This document shows, one piece after another, positions 55,138 through 64,000 of a stretch of 64,000 nt of DNA. The translations under genes and the position numbers were made by a program. Each line of letters begins with the position of its first letter. The first letter of the stretch is position 1. Under the pieces are notes generated by a model that saw only the letters and a list, made by a program, of their open reading frames with translations, did not search any database and had not been told where the DNA came from. Source of the DNA: Balanoglossus misakiensis (Eukaryota > Animalia > Hemichordata); assembly GCA_040954595.2 (NCBI GenBank), contig CM082598.2:1488001-1552000 (forward strand). Direction: 5' to 3'.

Positions 55138-55876
55138 CTCCGTCCAATCATGGACGTAATAAATGCTGCAAGTTGTGTCGGCGACTTTGCAGCGTCTTTC
55201 ACAAAGACATTACTAAAAGCCTGAGAAGACAGCATTTTAGATTCATCATGACATGCGGTATGATAAGGACATCAATACAGAGGATAGTTTATGGTTTCAT
55301 GTATTATATATGGCGTGTTTTCCTGTTTGTGTATTAAAGTATTCATATGTAAAGTTAACAACTGTTTCTTGTAATCATTTTATAATCCAACTATAATCAT
55401 CACTCCTATTTGTTTGGTAGTATTTGAGCGACCGTTGTTTATATTTTTCTGGCGATGCTCTGAGAGAAAAAGGAAGCCCGGGTTTTTTATGCATTCAGTG
55501 GACGTCATCTCGACTGGCGTTCGATACAAGTATAATTCATTTACACAAAGACCTTCAATGATGATTCAAGTATCTTTGAATATTACCCATCCTCGTGCTA
55601 TTCACGTCACACTTTCATCGATCGGGACAACGTATACACCTTGGGGGAAACCCCGGGGATCTATGCAAAAGAGGTATGCGGGCGAACACCACCCGTATTC
55701 AGTGTCACGTTCTAGAAGTGGGTTATTCATCTGGGGTTCGCGTGTGAGTTTGTCAAGTTGTTTGTTCCATCGGCGACCGCACGATGGTCACGGCCATGCT
55801 TTGTCAGCCATCGGCCAAAACGTTTTCGAAGTTGGCCTTTGGACCACGTGCGACAGGGGGCAGGCATGGGGTTGAC

Positions 55877-55987
55877 GTTTGTTTACCATTGTTATGGTAA
55901 CAGTGGGTTTTCCCCCTAAGCGTCTTAAGAAAATGACGTATGGTGTCCTCGATAGATATGGTAATTACCGGCTTATTACCATAATAA
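55877..55987 (+). promoter_or_regulatory. Forkhead + RFX X-box module upstream of death-domain gene B
   Basis: GTTTGTTTAC (55877-55886), ATTGTTATGGTAAC (55888-55901), GGGTTTTCCCCC; same spacing as in gene A. Confidence 0.55.
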
Positions 55988-57136
55988 TAGGGTATTGTTG
56001 TGGACAGTTCTAACTCAAGACAACAGGTCCTGGAAGAAGAGCTTGCTACCTTGAAATGATATTGTGACGCAAGTGGCCGGCAAAGGCGAAGAGTTTGTCT
56101 TGCCGCTGTGGAGATCGGTTTGGCCGCCGGTGAGCGACTCCGAGTCAGAGATCGGGGCAAGGCTGTGAGGGTAGTTCCCTTGTGACGAGTAACACTCGTG
56201 TTCTAGGGGGTTATGCTACAAACTGAAGCACTCGTGAACTAAACTGTCCAGATCGGGAAGAAATTGGCCGTAGTTTGACGACAGGGTCATCGGGTGTGCT
56301 GTTGAACCAGGTAGGTGAACGTACGTAAGTCAACAACGGATTGGGTTCTGTACGCAGACTGTTTGTTGACTTGAGACAAACACTGACAGTGTGACAATAA
56401 CCCTATTGTCTTCTGGGATCACAATACAAACATAACTGCGTATAACAATACAGTTTCTATTGTTTTAACAGTTATATGCAGAATGAAAGTCCCGTCGCAC
56501 TTATGCTCGCGAATATAACAAGGCTCCACAGAAATCAGGCATGTGGGCCAAAAGTAAACTGAACTATCAAGCGATCTAAATCCAACTTCATTGCGATTAT
56601 CATTTTTTCTCAAATGGTGTTTGGAGTGAGCATAGAGTGGTAGCAGTAATAGTTTGATTATCTGCAGGATGACAAAATAGCACCATTAAATATTAATAAA
56701 ATAAAGCAAAATATGCATATTCTGTTTGGTGTGATAAAAGACATGGGCAGACTCAGACTGTCCGAAACTGACGAGCGATGATTTCAGACTCTAATGTGTA
56801 TAAAGTCCGCGTTACCACAGACACCCTGAAGATGTTTACAGACTCCCAGTTACGCAAGCGTGTCTACTCCTTGCTTTGTCAATATTCACAAAACGGAATC
56901 TCAGATCCGGGTGATGTTGCTTTGTATTAAAATTATAACGAGCAGTGTGCATCAATTGTCTATTTGTCTGCCTGTCTAACTCTGTCTGTCTGCGCCTTCT
57001 GCCATTCTGTTTATCTCCAACTTTCTGTATAGCTATGTACCCCTTTTATGGTCGGATAGCCAGGTTTATTTAACCAAAACAATCCTCAATTTCAATTACT
57101 TGCAGGACTGGTTCAGAGAGGAGAACCCATTCCAAC

Positions 57137-59098
57137 ATGGCGGCTTCGCCCAGACTTCGTCCGGTCACGTGGACAATACAGGAACAAACGATCCAAGAAG
57201 CGGCTGCATATCTCGGTGAAAGACTGAACAAAATCACCAATGATTGGAACAGTTTAAAAACAAGCTACGTTCACTTTTCATCGTCCATCACATTAGCATA
57301 CCCACTCTGCACGGCCGCACAAGTTCACGGCTACCCCTTTTCTGAAGTGACGTCGGTACAAGACGTCCAGAGTTGCTATGAAGCTATGGTGTGTAAAAAC
57401 TACACTGAAAGCGCCTACGTCATTGACACGTTTCTCCAGAGAGTGGAAGAGTTGAAACAAATGTATCGTGAGCTGGAAAACTGCAAGCCGACATTGGTAG
57501 CAAGTCATCATGACAGTAAAAACGTGAAAAGAGCTCGCTTCGTCCGCGATTTCTGCGTTGAGTTGGAAGTGTGGCGAAAGATGATTGAACATGACGAAGT
57601 TGCTGAAACGGTGCACCACGAAGTACTGTCGCTTACTGGAGACAAAGATGTACACAAGCGCACAGGTCGAGTCTTCAGCGTCGTTCCCGTCATGCTCGAC
57701 CACGCTAATTCTCTGGTTGAAATAATGAGCAAAGGATGGCCACCACGTGTGGATGGCTTATTACAGCGCCCGCGCCCTGGCACTGGATGCATATTGAGTA
57801 CACCTCGACTTGAGCGCTCGCTGCAGGCAGAAACTCTAAAACCATTGACACTTGACAAGAGCCTCAAAACAATGCGACCACGAGATGCACGACAAACAAC
57901 TAAGACTATATCTCATTCAAACTCTATGATACAACTACCATCGCTTGGGAATATTGCTAAACGCGAATCTATCTCGGATGACGATGATGACGGGCCGTTG
58001 TCGTCCCGATCGGTACGAAGTACTCGGTCTTTCAGTTCTTCCAGCGCCTATGAAACCGGACCGCCTTCGCTCTCTCACGTCTCCATCACAAACTCAACCG
58101 TGACGATCTCAAGCGACACAGAAAGTTCTCAGTTGTCACCAATGGACAAGCGTCCTATCGTCAAGGAAATCACAGGTGAGTTTTAAAATCTCAGTTCGCC
58201 GTTGGTGGTGCGCTATATGCGATGACTCTGGTCCGACGCTGCACTGAGCAAAACAAGTTTCTGTTTCTGTCCTATATCAGTATTTTTGTGATTCCCAAGT
58301 AAATGTTACCCATCGTGTTTTGCGGTTGATCGACTAACATGCCTTCCACTTTTCACAGAGGCCCTTCAGTCCAAATTCGACCAAGAACTTGACAAAGTCA
58401 CAACTCGACTAGAGAAGAAAATAACAGACGCCAATGATTCCCTGAGAGAAGATATACAGAACGACCTTCAACAGAGAGACAAGAGAATTGATAAAATCAA
58501 ATCGGATGTGGACCAGTTGTCGGTGTTTGTGGACGAAAAGTTCTCTGATCTCGACACCGAATTGTTAAGAACTGATGTGCTGCTAAGAGGTTCGTGTACA
58601 TATACACCTATCGAATTAGTAATATTGATAATTTTACTGAAGAGTGACTAAATTGGTGAAAGAATTGACTCACCAGGTATTTACTATCGGTAAAGTTAAC
58701 AGCGTTGTATTTCCTAATGTTCACTCCCAGAAAAAGGGACAATTTATTTCCAAAATATTTATTGAAATGCATGATTTACTCATCTTCTTCTGTATTGTCG
58801 TTTGACAGATTACATCAGACCACTAGATGACGAGCAGATACACGTGATTGCCCAGAATGTCGGTCCCAAGGTGTACCGCAAGATGGCCAGAGAACTTGGA
58901 ATGCGACAACCACAGTTGGAATGGATTCAACAGCAGTACAGGGATGACGAACACGAGGTCGTTATCGCCATTCTGCACAAATGGAAACAGATAGTAGGCA
59001 TGCGCAAATCCACCCTAGAAACGGTCATCCGGGCGTTAGTGAAGGTCGACGAACGCGAGACTGCAAATCAAATTCTTCGCGCATTCAAAGAAGCCTAA
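57137..59098 (+). CDS. Uncharacterised death-domain protein B (~519 aa), tandem paralogue of A
   Basis: Exons 57137-58175, 58359-58589 and 58809-59098. The last two exons have the same lengths (231 and 290 nt) and phases as in gene A. Shared blocks: YVHFSSSITLAY, FCVELE.WRKM, KRTGRVFSV.PVMLDHANSL, PIVKEITG. Confidence 0.87.
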
Positions 59099-61875
59099 AC
59101 GAATCCAGTATTGCAATATTTTTGTTTTATAATACATACTGCAGGACAAACCGTTTAAGACGAATCTGAGGCTTGACCAAAAACCGTCATTTACGAAAGT
59201 GGTTGATGTACATTAATTATTTTAAAAATTAACAGACTCGACCACCTGTTAGTGGCCATAAACAAATATTTTATCAGATGATGTACGGGTACTTGTCCTA
59301 ACCAAACAGTATAACTGTTATGAAATAATCGGTGATTTATCCGTCCTAGCTTGTTTTAAGCCAATATATTTACATATTATAATTCAGGGTGCACAAGTAA
59401 AGAGTATTGTGATGATGTTTTATATTTTATAAATATGTCGTCATATTTTTAAATGGTTTATAATAATGACATTTGTACAAATTTGTACCAATTATTGCTG
59501 TGTTAGAGAGAGAAAAATTCCGTCCAAAATATTCATGGCAAAGGAACTACTGTGACTACAAAATAAATGTTTGTGTCAGAACGTTTGTTCGTTTTGTCTT
59601 TATTATAAATTGAGTCATTATTCGTCTGCAGATCTCGTACGTGTGAATGCGTAACGACAATTACTAAGAGAACAACTTCAACATAACGTATCCACAGACA
59701 AATAGAAAAGACTGTCTTTTCTCTTCAACTGTGACGTATCAGAGTCAAAGCTTGCTCCAGAATGTATGATCAGCGCGACAGCTATCACAGATAGAGATCA
59801 CGCCCTCTGGAACGCAAACAAAGAACTCCTTATTCAGGCGTGTAACATAGTGAATTCAAACAGTTCGTGTTGTTGTGAAGTGACCTGCCGTGTTTGTTCG
59901 GAATTCGCGCTCGGCATGAGACAAAACAGATCTGTCGGTTCAATACTGAGGACCCTCTTTAAACGCAAACGTCATTAGGGTCCTACCTTGGCACGGACTG
60001 AACCAAGCAAGCGTGTAGAGCTAACAATGGGCTTCGCTCCGCTATGCAACCTGTACACAATATAACGGGCAGGATACCATTGTGATGGTGGCTTTTAGAT
60101 CACATATAGGCGTCCCATGATTAAATTGTTGTCCCAGGATACCAGAACACCGTGACCCGGCCCTGCAAAGAGCCAACAATAGGATAGGCACAACAGTTCG
60201 GTATCTAGAGAAACGGCTCGTAACGTCTCTGTCATTCTCGCCTTTTAATCAGGGGCAAGTGAAACTCATTGCATCGGCCGTGCGAGTAGGAAAATGTGTA
60301 CACAGAAACCCAATTTCCTATTCTTGTGAATTTACGCCTATCTTTTTTCCCTCCATTGCCTGGTGACACCAAGTCCAAATGTTGACTAGAATTTGCTGAG
60401 TGATTCTTTGGTGCTTTGATTTGGTGCCCGTGCTTTTCAAGGGGCAAAGTTTCGCAGGAGATATGCGCATTATAGAGCGAACCCTGAAAACCAATGAAGA
60501 CACAGCCCCCACGACGTATTGTCCATTTCATTGTTGATTTCAGCAGCCCTGTAACAAGAAGACCAAACGTCGTCGAATCCGTTTAGGAATACATGTACTT
60601 ATCATCAGGTAAGAGTTACTTTCAAACCTTAGTTTTGCGATCTAGCAATCAGAGTCTGAATAAGCCTGGTCTGATTGCTCTGATTTGAAACAACTCCACG
60701 ATATTTCTGTACTTCAGGAATCAAGAAAAATATGCGAATTTGCGTTTGAAACGATTGCTTTGCCAAGCAATTAAGGGGCTCACGATTAATACATTATTTC
60801 ATTAATTACAAATTACAGCACAGTAACTCAAACATTGCAAGGACTGACTTAATTAAGTTAGGTAACTCCACCAAAAGCTTTAGTTTAAAATCACTTAAAT
60901 TAATTTGTAACTGCTATATTACTGAAGTAACGCTTGAATCGAATGATCCTCAAAAGAATCCGATAAATTTCCCCGTATCTACACTGGTAATGATAACGCG
61001 TGTAGTTGTGTTAAAAACTTATATGATCTCTGATAAAATTGCGCCTGCAATCTGTCGGAGGTCTTTTGTCGGTAGAACCCCCCCCCCCCCCCATCGAAAT
61101 GACACCACCAGAGAACTGAGTCACGTGATATGAACCACATTGATCAATCGAAAGATTGGCACACAGTATAGAGTAACGTTTCACGAGGTTAAACTGTAAA
61201 TGCGACAGGGGTCAACTTTTGAATTATGCTAGGACTGAGTTATTCCAACTAAATGTAATTAACGTGTACTCAGATTTGTAACCATAGTAACGGCATCCGC
61301 GCGCTTTCAATGGTATAGTACAGGCTTGGAGTTAATGGAACTAACTGAATGTAAAGGGCGATGTGTCAAACATAAAATGAATTCAAATTCGAGTAAGGCT
61401 TATTTGAGTACACCAGTTTGATGCCACAACAATTATAAGGATGGGGCGTACATGTAGACGTTGTTTTCAGACGACAAAGTCCGAGGAAAACCTCCTTCAC
61501 GTGCAGGCTTGTGAGACCACGTCCGTATCTGACATTCCTGTCAACCAATGACGAGAGACCTCACACAGAGCTGCGTGATAACAGTGCTAATGGTGTGCAA
61601 ATTTTGCCTAATGAATTTCTTATTAATTCCAAGACGTGGTTTGGCGTTAACAATACACGAGCTCTGGGAATATGACAGAAATTCTGAAACGTTCTGAATG
61701 ACTATCTTCTGATTTACAGACCGAGACAAAATATCCGAAGATCCTATAATATAGGAACCTCACCAGGTATTTGACAAGACTTGGAATTACTCGCGAACCG
61801 GCAGCCAGTTCGAACATATTTCTCGTACCAGTGCTTGGAAGCGACGGCCGTCACCCGGCAGCCCAGCCAGCGTTT

Positions 61876-62056
61876 ATGCGAGACACTCCACATTCTTTTA
61901 AACATAGGAGCGAACTGGAGTGTTTGCATGACCTCTTGTTGTTGTTACGTCGAGTTGACAAGCAATCTAAATTGGTTTGTGGTCATTTAGCGTATCTGGG
62001 AGACAGCGGGGAAGTCAGTAGGCAAACGAGACAACCACACAACCGTTCTACAACTT
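61876..62056 (+). CDS. Possible ATG-containing exon of a gene running off the right edge
   Basis: MRDTPHSFKHRSELECLHDLLLLLRRVDKQ.. ends at T|GTAAGT (phase 1); upstream acceptor TTTACAG at 61713-61719. No homology recognised. Confidence 0.25.
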
Positions 62057-63045
62057 GTAAGTATATATTCTATTTCTTGCACAAATCACATTTATTTCTG
62101 TGTTACATATCCTAGATGGGATGTATTCGCACCGTATCAGTCAACTTTGATGGTACATGCTTGCAGACTAATCGTACGTCCGATGGTCTGATCAATATTG
62201 CTATCGAAGATTGTGACTAAAGTTTTCTTGGTAAACCAAAACAGGTTCTTCTGATAATGGACCAGTCTATCTCGTTTCTTAGTTCCCCAATCAGCAGAGT
62301 GTAATTGGTGTGTTCAACCAGTCATGGACATCGGTATTTGAGTTGTATGATTTGATAAAAACAGAGCGGTTCAAAAACTAGTCCCCAGTCCGTTCGAGAA
62401 AGCAGTATGCGGAGATTCTGGTGTCCATTCTCGGCTATGATTGACACATTAGAGCGAAACGTATACTGGCAGAGGACGAACAGTTTTGCCTTACATCCAA
62501 TCTCCACTGGCGTTGTCCGGCACCGGTGTATTCATGATTACACAGTGTACAGTTATATTTGTGTTAGCTGTTAGTTAATAAGATTATTTTGATTTCTTCA
62601 TAGACAGATGTAATTTTATTTCAATTCTGACCAACAAGAGATGCCATGATTAAAGAACACACACAACAACAAAACAAAGATCAAAATTCGTGAGCGGTCA
62701 TTCAAATTTAAAATCAAGCCGTTGAGAAAGACATCTACATTGCCAATGAAGCACAGACAGAAATAATGAATAGCGAAGAGTACAGGCATACTAAGTTCTA
62801 TGACAATTCATAAAAATAACCATTACAAATTACTTTTTAAAACTTCTACCCAAAAGACTTGTGACTGACCACATAGCTTCCAAGTTTGCTTTACACTCAC
62901 CACATTGTCTGTCACAACAATGGCGCTGCTCATAAGTGCACTTTTGCCTTGACCCGACAACCTTTTTTTGCGACGGACGAAATCAGAGACAAAATGGCGT
63001 CCCGGTTGTCCTTGTACGTGGATACGCTTGACGCGTTTACTTCGT

Positions 63046-63211
63046 GTTGCCACGGTTACGAGAACCAGATTCTAGAAAAGAGGTTCACAAAATAAAATAT
63101 AACAAAGTGTGATGCCAATTCCGGCTCTATGACATGTACTGCTTTTCTTGCAGTTTTCTTGGAGAAACGCCAATTGTCTTCCAAGTGTCTCACCAGCGTT
63201 GCCATGGTAGC
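63046..63211. promoter_or_regulatory. Two RFX X-box-like sites
   Basis: GTTGCCACGGTTAC (63046-63059) and GTTGCCATGGTAGC (63198-63211), 40-200 bp upstream of ATG 63252. Confidence 0.45.
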
Positions 63212-63251
63212 AGCGGCGTGAAATTGCTTGACGACGCGCACCGGAATCATC

Positions 63252-63408
63252 ATGACACACAACGTTGATTCTGATCGCCTGTCCCCAACAGAAGTGGGAA
63301 GTAATATTCTGGTGTTGGGGAATCATTTGAAAGAATGGGAGGTGTATTGCAAACGAGATCTTGGTGGAATTGCCAGAAAAGTTAAAGAGCTGGATTTCAG
63401 TTTGCAAG
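63252..63408 (+). CDS. Probable first coding exon of an unidentified gene (truncated by the window)
   Basis: ATC ATG start, 52 codons MTHNVDSDRLSPTEVGSNILVLGNHLKEWEVYCKRDLGGIARKVKELDFSLQ, donor CAAG|GTATAA (phase 1), X-boxes directly upstream. Confidence 0.45.
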
Positions 63409-64000
63409 GTATAAGTTTTATGCACTTAGTTGATTTAGGAAATCTGATTTGAGCAAAATCATTCTCTTTTTTCGCCAAAAAGGGGGAAAGTGAAATCACG
63501 ACCGCCCTCTATGGTACACTTTGCACCAACCTTTGTTTTTACTGGGGTCTCCTGCAATGGAAAGAATCGATTGTCTATGACAACACCACCGCTGAATGGT
63601 CTGATATTGATTATTGAAAAAAGGATTAGAAAATCGCATGATCACAACCACGGGACATTTGTTTTATCTCAAAACAATCAATACGAGGCCATACGAAGAA
63701 ATCTTTTCGTTGAGGACGTCCCTTTATGTCGTTTACATACACCAGAAACCGACGGCTTAACAGGACCAAAGTTCCAATTCCGCGAAACTAAAAACACACT
63801 AGGTATGTCCACTACACACAGATATTCTGTGTCATTTGCAATGGGTAAATAATGATCACGATATGGTGCATTATGTAATCTAAATACATTATTGATATGG
63901 CTGATCTTTGATAATTATTTTTATGCTAATTTTCGGAGATGCATAGTAACAACATGGGCGTAAATACACAAGTCAAGTGCTCGTATAAGAATTGTGCTCT

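Noticed and set aside
53254-59098. Naming the DD genes FADD, RIPK1 or MyD88
   Set aside because: No DED, kinase or TIR domain is visible.

Overview
AT-rich animal genomic DNA with spliceosomal GT-AG genes; there are no bacterial features, CRISPR arrays or recognisable rRNA/tRNA. The gene content and intron-rich structure suggest a non-vertebrate bilaterian, possibly a deuterostome (inference only). Three conserved genes were reconstructed by hand from splice sites and reading-frame continuity: synaptotagmin-12 (+, ~7.8-25.5 kb), BTBD10/KCTD20 (-, 34.5-37.5 kb) and cortactin (-, 45.6-50.3 kb, 6.5 repeats). Three uncharacterised genes are the most interesting part. One is a single-coding-exon ~576-aa protein (41.6-43.3 kb) with the ordered motif skeleton of a zinc-dependent deaminase fold, but QSE where HxE is expected. 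The other two are tandem paralogues (53.3-55.1 and 57.1-59.1 kb) with the architecture unknown helical N-domain / RHIM-like motif / coiled coil / C-terminal death domain. Their upstream regions share a spacing-conserved Forkhead + RFX X-box module. Also present: several MITE families, decayed piggyBac and Tx1-like remnants, microsatellites, a strong CTCF-type motif, a likely regulated cassette exon in cortactin and the 5' end of a further gene at the right edge.
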